Assembly: GCF_009914755.1 (NCBI RefSeq) | Contig: NC_060947.1 | DNA from: the human T2T-CHM13v2.0 reference genome, Homo sapiens | DNA: 64,000 bases | Strand: one strand, 5' to 3' | In this document: one piece after another, positions 1-12,342 of the stretch | Layout of the letters: every line of letters starts with the position of its first letter | Numbering within the stretch: position 1 is the first letter of the stretch | Made by a program: the position numbers and the translations under genes | Notes under the pieces: generated by a model | What the model was told of the DNA's origin: nothing | The model's database searches: none | What the model saw: the letters and a program-made list of their open reading frames with translations, nothing else

Positions 1-77
1 GGTTCAACTCTGTGAGTTGAATACAAACATCACAAAGAATGTTCTGAGTTTGCTTCCGTTCAGTTATGGGAAGTTGA

Positions 78-94
78 TCCCGTTTCCAACGAAA
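78..94 (-). promoter_or_regulatory. CENP-B box, intact (repeated at the same offset in each HOR)
   Basis: + strand TCCCGTTTCCAACGAAA = minus-strand TTTCGTTGGAAACGGGA, a match to the YTTCGTTGGAARCGGGA consensus. Confidence 0.95.
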
Positions 95-588
95 TCCTCA
101 GAGAGGTCCAAATATCCCCTTGCAGATTCTACAAAACGTGTGTTTGGAAACTGCTCCATCATAACGAATGTTCAGCTCCCTGAGTTAAACTCCATCGTCA
201 CAAAGAATTTTCTGAGAGTGCTACCGTCTGGTTTTTATATGAAGCTCTTTCCTTCACTACCACAGGCCTCAAAGCGGTCCAAATCTCCACTTGCAGATTC
301 TACAAAAAGAGTGTTTGCAAACTGCTCTATCAAAAGGAATGTTCAACTCTGGGAGTTGAATGCAATCATCACAGAGCAGTTTCTGAGAATGCTTCTATGT
401 CGTTTTTAGGAGAAGATATTTCCTTTTCCAACACAGTCCTCCAAGCCCGCTAAATAGCCACTTGCACATTGTAGAAAAAGTGTGTCAAAGCTGCGCTATC
501 AAAGGGAAAGTTCAACTCTGTGAGGTGAATGCAAACATCCCAAAGAAGTTTCTGAGAATGCTTCCATTTAGCTTTTAGGTGAAGATTA

Positions 589-605
589 TCCCGTTTCCAA
601 CGAAA
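589..605 (-). promoter_or_regulatory. CENP-B box, intact (each HOR)
   Basis: + strand TCCCGTTTCCAACGAAA, consensus match. Confidence 0.95.
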
Positions 606-634
606 CCTTCAAAGAGGTCCAAATATCCCCTTGC

Positions 635-640
635 GGATCC
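635..640. other. BamHI site defining the ~2.0-kb HOR restriction unit
   Basis: GGATCC seen once per HOR in the context CCTTGCGGATCCCACAG. Confidence 0.9.
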
Positions 641-760
641 CACAGAAAGAGTGTTTCGAAACTGCTGTTTCAAAAGGAATCTTCAACTCTGTGAGTTGCA
701 TGCAATCATCACAAAGAAGTTTCTGACAATGCTTCTCTCTCGTCTTTCTGTGAAGATAAA

Positions 761-801
761 GGAAAAGGCTTTCAGGCCTTTTCCACCACAGGCCTGAAAG
801 C
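761..801. repeat. Overlapping short inverted repeats within the elongated (~186-bp) monomer (each HOR)
   Basis: GGAAAAGGC (761-769) is the reverse complement of GCCTTTTCC (776-784). GCTTTCAGGCCT (768-779) is the reverse complement of AGGCCTGAAAGC (790-801). Confidence 0.92.
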
Positions 802-945
802 GCTCCAAATGTCCACTTGCAGATTCTGCCAAAAGAATATTTCAAAACTGCTCTATGAAAAGCAATGTTAAACTCTGTGGCTCGAACACAAACATCACAA
901 AGCAGTTTCTGAGAATGCTTCAGTTTAGTTTTTCTGTGGAAATAT

Positions 946-962
946 TCCCGTTTCCAAAGAAA
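946..962 (-). promoter_or_regulatory. Degenerate CENP-B box (TTCG>TTCT), predicted non-binding
   Basis: + strand TCCCGTTTCCAAAGAAA; the core CpG of TTCG is lost. Confidence 0.8.
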
Positions 963-1116
963 TCTTCAAAGAGGTCCACGTATCCACTTACAGATTCTAC
1001 AAAAAGACAGTTTCAAAACTGCTCCATCAAAAGGAGGGTTCAACTGTGTGACTTGAATGCAATCATCACTCAGAAGTTTCTGAGAATGCTTCTCTTTAGT
1101 TTTTACGTGAACATAT

Positions 1117-1133
1117 ACCCGTTTCGAACGAAG
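1117..1133 (-). promoter_or_regulatory. CENP-B box, variant retaining all 9 core positions
   Basis: Minus-strand CTTCGTTCGAAACGGGT fits NTTCGNNNNANNCGGGN. Confidence 0.85.
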
Positions 1134-1283
1134 GCCAGCCAGTGGTCCAAATATCCACTTGCAGATTCTACAGAAAGAGTGTTTCGAACCTGAACTCTCA
1201 AAGGCAGGTTCATCTCTGCGAGTTAAATGCATTCATCATGAAGAACTTTCTCAGAGTGTTTGTGTTTAGTTATGGGAAATTAT

Positions 1284-1300
1284 TCCCGTTTCCAACGAAA
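1284..1300 (-). promoter_or_regulatory. CENP-B box, intact (each HOR)
   Basis: + strand TCCCGTTTCCAACGAAA, consensus match. Confidence 0.95.
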
Positions 1301-1796
1301 TCCTCAGAGAGCTCCAAATATCCACCTGCAGATTCTACCAAAAGTGTATTTGGAAACTGCTCCATCAAAAGGCATGTTCAGCTCTGTGAGTGAAACTCCA
1401 TCATCACAAAGAATATTCTGAGAATGCTTCCGTTTGCCTTTTATATGAAGTTCCTTCCTATACGACCGTAGGCCTCAAAGCAGTCCAAATCTCCATTTGC
1501 AGATTCTACAAAAAGAGTGATTCCAATCTGCTCTATCAATAGGATTGTTCAACTCCATGAGTTGAATGCCATCCTCACAAAGTCGTTTCTGAGAATGCTT
1601 CTATCTAGTTTTTATGTGAAGATATTTCCTTTTCCACCACAGGCCTCAAAGCCCTCCAAACGTCCACTTGCAGATTCTCGAAAAAGAGTGTTTCATAGCT
1701 GCTCTTTCAAAAGGAAAGTTCAACTCTGGGAGTTGAATACAAACATCACAAAGTAGTTTCCGAGAATGCTTCTGTTTAGTTTTTATGTGAAGATGA

Positions 1797-1813
1797 TCCC
1801 GTTTCCAGTGAAA
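1797..1813 (-). promoter_or_regulatory. Degenerate CENP-B box (TTCG>TTCA), predicted non-binding
   Basis: Minus-strand TTTCACTGGAAACGGGA. Confidence 0.8.
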
Positions 1814-1967
1814 TCTTCAAAGAGGTCCACATATCCCCTTGCAGATTCCAAAGAAAGAGGGTTTCAAAACTGCTCCATCAGAAGGATTGTTCAACTCTGT
1901 GAGTTGAATGCAGTCATCGCAGAAAACTTTCTGAGAATGCTTCTGTCTAGGTTTGATGTGAAGATAT

Positions 1968-1984
1968 AGACGTTTCAAACGAAG
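1968..1984 (-). promoter_or_regulatory. Degenerate CENP-B box (CGGG>CGTC), predicted non-binding
   Basis: Minus-strand CTTCGTTTGAAACGTCT. Confidence 0.8.
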
Positions 1985-4900
1985 GCTACAAAGTGGTCAA
2001 AATATACACTTGCAGATTCTACTACAAGGGTGTTGCAAACCTGAACTATCAAAGGAAGGTTCAACTCTGTGAGTTGAATACAAACATCACAAAGAATGTT
2101 CTGAGTTTGCTTCCGTTCAGTTATGGGAAGTTGATCCCGTTTCCAACGAAATCCTCAGAGAGGTCCAAATATCCCCTTGCAGATTCTACAAAACGTGTGT
2201 TTGGAAACTGCTCCATCATAACGAATGTTCAGCTCCCTGAGTTAAACTCCATCGTCACAAAGAATTTTCTGAGAGTGCTACCGTCTGGTTTTTATATGAA
2301 GCTCTTTCCTTCACTACCACAGGCCTCAAAGCGGTCCAAATCTCCACTTGCAGATTCTACAAAAAGAGTGTTTGCAAACTGCTCTATCAAAAGGAATGTT
2401 CAACTCTGGGAGTTGAATGCAATCATCACAGAGCAGTTTCTGAGAATGCTTCTATGTCGTTTTTAGGAGAAGATATTTCCTTTTCCAACACAGTCCTCCA
2501 AGCCCGCTAAATAGCCACTTGCACATTGTAGAAAAAGTGTGTCAAAGCTGCGCTATCAAAGGGAAAGTTCAACTCTGTGAGGTGAATGCAAACATCCCAA
2601 AGAAGTTTCTGAGAATGCTTCCGTTTAGCTTTTAGGTGAAGATTATCCCGTTTCCAACGAAACCTTCAAAGAGGTCCAAATATCCCCTTGCGGATCCCAC
2701 AGAAAGAGTGTTTCGAAACTGCTGTTTCAAAAGGAATCTTCAACTCTGTGAGTTGCATGCAATCATCACAAAGAAGTTTCTGACAATGCTTCTCTCTCGT
2801 CTTTCTGTGAAGATAAAGGAAAAGGCTTTCAGGCCTTTTCCACCACAGGCCTGAAAGCGCTCCAAATGTCCACTTGCAGATTCTGCCAAAAGAATATTTC
2901 AAAACTGCTCTATGAAAAGCAATGTTAAACTCTGTGGCTCGAACACAAACATCACAAAGCAGTTTCTGAGAATGCTTCAGTTTAGTTTTTCTGTGGAAAT
3001 ATTCCCGTTTCCAAAGAAATCTTCAAAGAGGTCCACGTATCCACTTACAGATTCTACAAAAAGACAGTTTCAAAACTGCTCCATCAAAAGGAGGGTTCAA
3101 CTGTGTGACTTGAATGCAATCATCACTCAGAAGTTTCTGAGAATGCTTCTCTTTAGTTTTTACGTGAAGATATACCCGTTTCGAACGAAGGCCAGCCAGT
3201 GGTCCAAATATCCACTTGCAGATTCTACAGAAAGAGTGTTTCGAACATGAACTCTCAAAGGCAGGTTCATCTCTGCGAGTTAAATGCATTCATCATGAAG
3301 AACTTTCTCAGAGTGTTTGTGTTTAGTTATGGGAAATTATTCCCGTTTCCAACGAAATCCTCAGAGAGGTCCAAATATCCACCTGCAGATTCTACCAAAA
3401 GTGTATTTGGAAACTGCTCCATCAAAAGGCATGTTCAGCTCTGTGAGTGAAACTCCATCATCACAAAGAATATTCTGAGAATGCTTCCGTTTGCCTTTTA
3501 TATGAAGTTCCTTCCTATACGACCGGAGGCCTCAAAGCAGTCCAAATCTCCATTTGCAGATTCTACAAAAAGAGTGATTCCAATCTGCTCTATCAATAGG
3601 ATTGTTCAACTCCATGAGTTGAATGCCATCCTCACAAAGTCGTTTCTGAGAATGCTTCTATCTAGTTTTTATGTGAAGATATTTCCTTTTCCACCACAGG
3701 CCTCAAAGCCCTCCAAACGTCCACTTGCAGATTCTCGAAAAAGAGTGTTTCATAGCTGCTCTTTCAAAAGGAAAGTTCAACTCTGGGAGTTGAATACAAA
3801 CATCACAAAGTAGTTTCCGAGAATGCTTCTGTTTAGTTTTTATGTGAAGATGATCCCGTTTCCAGTGAAATCTTCAAAGAGGTCCACATATCCCCTTGCA
3901 GATTCCAAAGAAAGAGGGTTTCAAAACTGCTCCATCAGAAGGATTGTTCAACTCTGTGAGTTGAATGCAGTCATCGCAGAAAACTTTCTGAGAATGCTTC
4001 TGTCTAGGTTTGATGTGAAGATATAGACGTTTCAAACGAAGGCTACAAAGTGGTCAAAATATACACTTGCAGATTCTACTACAAGGGTGTTGCAAACCTG
4101 AACTATCAAAGGAAGGTTCAACTCTGTGAGTTGAATACAAACATCACAAAGAATGTTCTGAGTTTGCTTCTGTTCAGTTATGGGATGTTGATCCCGTTTC
4201 CAACGAAATCCTCAGAGAGGTCCAAATATCCCCTTGCAGATTCTACAAAACGTGTGTTTGGAAACTGCTCCATCATAACGAATGTTCAGCTCCCTGAGTT
4301 AAACTCCATCGTCACAAAGAATTTTCTGAGAGTGCTACCGTCTGGTTTTTATATGAAGCTCTTTCCTTCACTACCACAGGCCTCAAAGCGGTCCAAATCT
4401 CCACTTGCAGATTCTACAAAAAGAGTGTTTGCAAACTGCTCTATCAAAAGGAATGTTCAACTCTGGGAGTTGAATGCAATCATCACAGAGCAGTTTCTGA
4501 GAATGCTTCTATGTCGTTTTTAGGAGAAGATATTTCCTTTTCCAACACAGTCCTCCAAGCCCGCTAAATAGCCACTTGCACATTGTAGAAAAAGTGTGTC
4601 AAAGCTGCGCTATCAAAGGGAAAGTTCAACTCTGTGAGGTGAATGCAAACATCCCAAAGAAGTTTCTGAGAATGCTTCCGTTTAGCTTTTAGGTGAAGAT
4701 TATCCCGTTTCCAACGAAACCTTCAAAGAGGTCCAAATATCCCCTTGCGGATCCCACAGAAAGAGTGTTTCGAAACTGCTGTTTCAAAAGGAATCTTCAA
4801 CTCTGTGAGTTGAATGCAATCATCACAAAGAAGTTTCTGACAATGCTTCTCTCTCGTCTTTCTGTGAAGATAAAGGAAAAGGCTTTCAGGCCTTTTCCAC

Positions 4901-7900
4901 CACAGGCCTGAAAGCGCTCCAAATGTCCACTTGCAGATTCTGCCAAAAGAATATTTCAAAACTGCTCTATGAAAAGCAATGTTAAACTCTGTGGCTCGAA
5001 CACAAACATCACAAAGCAGTTTCTGAGAATGCTTCAGTTTAGTTTTTCTGTGGAAATATTCCCGTTTCCAAAGAAATCTTCAAAGAGGTCCACGTATCCA
5101 CTTACAGATTCTACAAAAAGACAGTTTCAAAACTGCTCCATCAAAAGGAGGGTTCAACTGTGTGACTTGAATGCAGTCATCACTCAGAAGTTTCTGAGAA
5201 TGCTTCTCTTTAGTTTTTACGTGAACATATACCCGTTTCGAACGAAGGCCAGCCAGTGGTCCAAATATCCACTTGCAGATTCTACAGAAAGAGTGTTTCG
5301 AACCTGAACTCTCAAAGGCAGGTTCATCTCTGCGAGTTAAATGCATTCATCATGAAGAACTTTCTCAGAGTGTTTGTGTTTAGTTATGGGAAATTATTCC
5401 CGTTTCCAACGAAATCCTCAGAGAGCTCCAAATATCCACCTGCAGATTCTACCAAAAGTGTATTTGGAAACTGCTCCATCAAAAGGCATGTTCAGCTCTG
5501 TGAGTGAAACTCCATCATCACAAAGAATATTCTGAGAATGCTTCCGTTTGCCTTTTATATGAAGTTCCTTCCTATACGACCGTAGGCCTCAAAGCAGTCC
5601 AAATCTCCATTTGCAGATTCTACAAAAAGAGTGATTCCAATCTGCTCTATCAATAGGATTGTTCAACTCCATGAGTTGAATGCCATCCTCACAAAGTCGT
5701 TTCTGAGAATGCTTCTATCTAGTTTTTATGTGAAGATATTTCCTTTTCCACCACAGGCCTCAAAGCCCTCCAAACGTCCACTTGCAGATTCTCGAAAAAG
5801 AGTGTTTCATAGCTGCTCTTTCAAAAGGAAAGTTCAACTCTGGGAGTTGAATACAAACATCACAAAGTAGTTTCCGAGAATGCTTCTGTTTAGTTTTTAT
5901 GTGAAGATGATCCCGTTTCCAGTGAAATCTTCAAAGAGGTCCACATATCCCCTTGCAGATTCCAAAGAAAGAGGGTTTCAAAACTGCTCCATCAGAAGGA
6001 TTGTTCAACTCTGTGAGTTGAATGCAGTCATCGCAGAAAACTTTCTGAGAATGCTTCTGTCTAGGTTTGATGTGAAGATATAGACGTTTCAAACGAAGGC
6101 TACAAAGTGGTCAAAATATACACTTGCAGATTCTACTACAAGGGTGTTGCAAACCTGAACTATCAAAGGAAGGTTCAACTCTGTGAGTTGAATACAAACA
6201 TCACAAAGAATGTTCTGAGTTTGCTTCCGTTCAGTTATGGGAAGTTGATCCCGTTTCCAACGAAATCCTCAGAGAGGTCCAAATATCCCCTTGCAGATTC
6301 TACAAAACGTGTGTTTGGAAACTGCTCCATCATAACGAATGTTCAGCTCCCTGAGTTAAACTCCATCGTCACAAAGAATTTTCTGAGAGTGCTACCGTCT
6401 GGTTTTTATATGAAGCTCTTTCCTTCACTACCACAGGCCTCAAAGCGGTCCAAATCTCCACTTGCAGATTCTACAAAAAGAGTGTTTGCAAACTGCTCTA
6501 TCAAAAGGAATGTTCAACTCTGGGAGTTGAATGCAATCATCACAGAGCAGTTTCTGAGAATGCTTCTATGTCGTTTTTAGGAGAAGATATTTCCTTTTCC
6601 AACACAGTCCTCCAAGCCCGCTAAATAGCCACTTGCACATTGTAGAAAAAGTGTGTCAAAGCTGCGCTATCAAAGGGAAAGTTCAACTCTGTGAGGTGAA
6701 TGCAAACATCCCAAAGAAGTTTCTGAGAATGCTTCCGTTTAGCTTTTAGGTGAAGATTATCCCGTTTCCAACGAAACCTTCAAAGAGGTCCAAATATCCC
6801 CTTGCGGATCCCACAGAAAGAGTGTTTCGAAACTGCTGTTTCAAAAGGAATCTTCAACTCTGTGAGTTGAATGCAATCATCACAAAGAAGTTTCTGACAA
6901 TGCTTCTCTCTCGTCTTTCTGTGAAGATAAAGGAAAAGGCTTTCAGGCCTTTTCCACCACAGGCCTGAAAGCGCTCCAAATGTCCACTTGCAGATTCTGC
7001 GAAAAGAATATTTCAAAACTGCTCTATGAAAAGCAATGTTAAACTCTGTGGCTCGAACACAAACATCACAAAGCGGTTTCTGAGAATGCTTCAGTTTAGT
7101 TTTTCTGTGGAAATATTCCCGTTTCCAAAGAAATCTTCAAAGAGGTCCACGTATCCACTTACAGATTCTACAAAAAGACAGTTTCAAAACTGCTCCATCA
7201 AAAGGAGGGTTCAACTGTGTGACTTGAATGCAATCATCACTCAGAAGTTTCTGAGAATGCTTCTCTTTAGTTTTTACGTGAACATATACCCGTTTCGAAC
7301 GAAGGCCAGCCAGTGGTCCAAATATCCACTTGCAGATTCTACAGAAAGAGTGTTTCGAACATGAACTCTCAAAGGCAGGTTCATCTCTGCGAGTTAAATG
7401 CATTCATCATGAAGAACTTTCTCAGAGTGTTTGTGTTTAGTTATGGGAAATTATTCCCGTTTCCAACGAAATCCTCAGAGAGCTCCAAATATCCACCTGC
7501 AGATTCTACCAAAAGTGTATTTGGAAACTGCTCCATCAAAAGGCATGTTCAGCTCTGTGAGTGAAACTCCATCATCACAAAGAATATTCTGAGAATGCTT
7601 CCGTTTGCCTTTTATATGAAGTTCCTTCCTATACGACCGTAGGCCTCAAAGCAGTCCAAATCTCCATTTGCAGATTCTACAAAAAGAGTGATTCCAATCT
7701 GCTCTATCAATAGGATTGTTCAACTCCATGAGTTGAATGCCATCCTCACAAAGTCGTTTCTGAGAATGCTTCTATCTAGTTTTTATGTGAAGATATTTCC
7801 TTTTCCACCACAGGCCTCAAAGCCCTCCAAACGTCCACTTGCAGATTCTCGAAAAAGAGTGTTTCATAGCTGCTCTTTCAAAAGGAAAGTTCAACTCTGG

Positions 7901-10900
7901 GAGTTGAATACAAACATCACAAAGTAGTTTCCGAGAATGCTTCTGTTTAGTTTTTATGTGAAGATGATCCCGTTTCCAGTGAAATCTTCAAAGAGGTCCA
8001 CATATCCCCTTGCAGATTCCAAAGAAAGAGGGTTTCAAAACTGCTCCATCAGAAGGATTGTTCAACTCTGTGAGTTGAATGCAGTCATCGCAGAAAACTT
8101 TCTGAGAATGCTTCTGTCTAGGTTTGATGTGAAGATATAGACGTTTCAAACGAAGGCTACAAAGTGGTCAAAATATACACTTGCAGATTCTACTACAAGG
8201 GTGTTGCAAACCTGAACTATCAAAGGAAGGTTCAACTCTGTGAGTTGAATACAAACATCACAAAGAATGTTCTGAGTTTGCTTCCGTTCAGTTATGGGAA
8301 GTTGATCCCGTTTCCAACGAAATCCTCAGAGAGGTCCAAATATCCCCTTGCAGATTCTACAAAACGTGTGTTTGGAAACTGCTCCATCATAACGAATGTT
8401 CAGCTCCCTGAGTTAAACTCCATCGTCACAAAGAATTTTCTGAGAGTGCTACCGTCTGGTTTTTATATGAAGCTCTTTCCTTCACTACCACAGGCCTCAA
8501 AGCGGTCCAAATCTCCACTTCCAGATTCTACAAAAAGAGTGTTTGCAAACTGCTCTATCAAAAGGAATGTTCAACTCTGGGAGTTGAATGCAATCATCAC
8601 AGAGCAGTTTCTGAGAATGCTTCTATGTCGTTTTTAGGAGAAGATATTTCCTTTTCCAACACAGTCCTCCAAGCCCGCTAAATAGCCACTTGCACATTGT
8701 AGAAAAAGTGTGTCAAAGCTGCGCTATCAAAGGGAAAGTTCAACTCTGTGAGGTGAATGCAAACATCCCAAAGAAGTTTCTGAGAATGCTTCCGTTTAGC
8801 TTTTAGGTGAAGATTATCCCGTTTCCAACGAAACCTTCAAAGAGGTCCAAATATCCCCTTGCGGATCCCACAGAAAGAGTGTTTCGAAACTGCTGTTTCA
8901 AAAGGAATCTTCAACTCTGTGAGTTGAATGCAATCATCACAAAGAAGTTTCTGACAATGCTTCTCTCTCGTCTTTCTGTGAAGATAAAGGAAAAGGCTTT
9001 CAGGCCTTTTCCACCACAGGCCTGAAAGCGCTCCAAATGTCCACTTGCAGATTCTGCGAAAAGAATATTTCAAAACTGCTCTATGAAAAGCAATGTTAAA
9101 CTCTGTGGCTCGAACACAAACATCACAAAGCGGTTTCTGAGAATGCTTCAGTTTAGTTTTTCTGTGGAAATATTCCCGTTTCCAAAGAAATCTTCAAAGA
9201 GGTCCACGTATCCACTTACAGATTCTACAAAAAGACAGTTTCAAAACTGCTCCATCAAAAGGAGGGTTCAACTGTGTGACTTGAATGCAATCATCACTCA
9301 CAAGTTTCTGAGAATGCTTCTCTTTAGTTTTTACGTGAACATATACCCGTTTCGAACGAAGGCCAGCCAGTGGTCCAAATATCCACTTGCAGATTCTACA
9401 GAAAGAGTGTTTCGAACCTGAACTCTCAAAGGCAGGTTCATCTCTGCGAGTTAAATGCATTCATCATGAAGAACTTTCTCAGAGTGTTTGTGTTTAGTTA
9501 TGGGAAATTATTCCCGTTTCCAACGAAATCCTCAGAGAGCTCCAAATATCCACCTGCAGATTCTACCAAAAGTGTATTTGGAAACTGCTCCATCAAAAGG
9601 CATGTTCAGCTCTGTGAGTGAAACTCCATCATCACAAAGAATATTCTGAGAATGCTTCCGTTTGCCTTTTATATGAAGTTCCTTCCTATACGACCGTAGG
9701 CCTCAAAGCAGTCCAAATCTCCATTTGCAGATTCTACAAAAAGAGTGATTCCAATCTGCTCTATCAATAGGATTGTTCAACTCCATGAGTTGAATGCCAT
9801 CCTCACAAAGTCGTTTCTGAGAATGCTTCTATCTAGTTTTTATGTGAAGATATTTCCTTTTCCACCACAGGCCTCAAAGCCCTCCAAACGTCCACTTGCA
9901 GATTCTCGAAAAAGAGTGTTTCATAGCTGCTCTTTCAAAAGGAAAGTTCAACTCTGGGAGTTGAATACAAACATCACAAAGTAGTTTCCGAGAATGCTTC
10001 TGTTTAGTTTTTATGTGAAGATGATCCCGTTTCCAGTGAAATCTTCAAAGAGGTCCACATATCCCCTTGCAGATTCCAAAGAAAGAGGGTTTCAAAACTG
10101 CTCCATCAGAAGGATTGTTCAACTCTGTGAGTTGAATGCAGTCATCGCAGAAAACTTTCTGAGAATGCTTCTGTCTAGGTTTGATGTGAAGATATAGACG
10201 TTTCAAACGAAGGCTACAAAGTGGTCAAAATATACACTTGCAGATTCTACTACAAGGGTGTTGCAAACCTGAACTATCAAAGGAAGGTTCAACTCTGTGA
10301 GTTGAATACAAACATCACAAAGAATGTTCTGAGTTTGCTTCCGTTCAGTTATGGGAAGTTGATCCCGTTTCCAACGAAATCCTCAGAGAGGTCCAAATAT
10401 CCCCTTGCAGATTCTACAAAACGTGTGTTTGGAAACTGCTCCATCATAACGAATGTTCAGCTCCCTGAGTTAAACTCCATCGTCACAAAGAATTTTCTGA
10501 GAGTGCTACCGTGTGGTTTTTATATGAAGTTCTTTCCTTCACTACCACAGACCTCAAAGCGGTCCAAATCTCCACTTGCAGATTCTACAAAAAGAGTGTT
10601 TGCAAACTGCTCTATCAAAAGGAATGTTCAACTCTGGGAGTTGAATGCAATCATCACAGAGCAGTTTCTGAGAATGCTTCTATGTCGTTTTTAGGAGAAG
10701 ATATTTCCTTTTCCAACACAGTCCTCCAAGCCCGCTAAATAGCCACTTGCACATTGTAGAAACAGTGTGTCAAAGCTGCGCTATCAAAGGGAAAGTTCAA
10801 CTCTGTGAGGTGAATGCAAACATCCCAAAGAAGTTTCTGAGAATGCTTCCGTTTAGCTTTTAGGTGAAGATTATCCCGTTTCCAACGAAACCTTCAAAGA

Positions 10901-12342
10901 GGTCCAAATATCCCCTTGCGGATCCCACAGAAAGAGTGTTTCGAAACTGCTGTTTCAAAAGGAATCTTCAACTCTGTGAGTTGAATGCAATCATCACAAA
11001 GAAGTTTCTGACAATGCTTCTCTCTCGTCTTTCTGTGAAGATAAAGGAAAAGGCTTTCAGGCCTTTTCCACCACAGGCCTGAAAGCGCTCCAAATGTCCA
11101 CTTGCAGATTCTGCCAAAAGAATATTTCAAAACTGCTCTATGAAAAGCAATGTTAAACTCTGTGGCTCGAACACAAACATCACAAAGCAGTTTCTGAGAA
11201 TGCTTCAGTTTAGTTTTTCTGTGGAAATATTCCCGTTTCCAAAGAAATCTTCAAAGAGGTCCAAGTATCCACTTACAGATTCTACAAAAAGACAGTTTCA
11301 AAACTGCTCCATCAAAAGGAAGGTTCAACTGTGTGACTTGAATGCAATCATCACTCAGAAGTTTCTGAGAATGCTTCTCTTTAGTTTTTACGTGAACATA
11401 TACCCGTTTCGAACGAAGGCCAGCCAGTGGTCCAAATATCCACTTGCAGATTCTACAGAAAGAGTGTTTCGAACCTGAACTCTCAAAGGCAGGTTCATCT
11501 CTGCGAGTTAAATGCATTCATCATGAAGAACTTTCTCAGAGTGTTTGTGTTTAGTTATGGGAAATTATTCCCGTTTCCAACGAAATCCTCAGAGAGGTCC
11601 AAATATCCACCTGCAGATTCTACCAAAAGTGTATTTGGAAACTGCTCCATCAAAAGGCATGTTCAGCTCTGTGAGTGAAACTCCATCATCACAAAGAATA
11701 TTCTGAGAATGCTTCCGTTTGCCTTTTATATGAAGTTCCTTCCTATACGACCGTAGGCCTCAAAGCAGTCCAAATCTCCATTTGCAGATTCTACAAAAAG
11801 AGTGATTCCAATCTGCTCTATCAATAGGATTGTTCAACTCCATGAGTTGAATGCCATCCTCACAAAGTAGTTTCTGAGAATGCTTCTATCTAGTTTTTAT
11901 GTGAAGATATTTCCTTTTCCACCACAGGCCTCAAAGCCCTCCAAACGTCCACTTGCAGATTCTCGAAAAAGAGTGTTTCATAGCTGCTCTTTCAAAAGGA
12001 AAGTTCAACTCTGGGAGTTGAATACAAACATCACAAAGTAGTTTCCGAGAATGCTTCTGTTTAGTTTTTATGTGAAGATGATCCCGTTTCCAGTGAAATC
12101 TTCAAAGAGGTCCACATATCCCCTTGCAGATTCCAAAGAAAGAGGGTTTCAAAACTGCTCCATCAGAAGGATTGTTCAACTCTGTGAGTTGAATGCAGTC
12201 ATCGCAGAAAACTTTCTGAGAATGCTTCTGTCTAGGTTTGATGTGAAGATATAGACGTTTCAAACGAAGGCTACAAAGTGGTCAAAATATACACTTGCAG
12301 ATTCTACTACAAGGGTGTTGCAAACCTGAACTATCAAAGGAA

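Larger units (their letters stand above)
1..2057 (-). repeat. Representative HOR unit (U1, arbitrary phase), 12 monomers
   Basis: Sequence at 1 (GGTTCAACTCTGTGAGTTGAATACAAACATCACAAAGAATG) restarts at 2058. Spacings between CENP-B-box positions are 511+357+171+167+513+171+167 = 2057. Confidence 0.98.

Noticed and set aside
761-784. Hairpin read as a rho-independent terminator or ncRNA gene
   Set aside because: This is eukaryotic satellite context with no upstream gene and no U-tract after the stem. It is reported only as a DNA inverted repeat.
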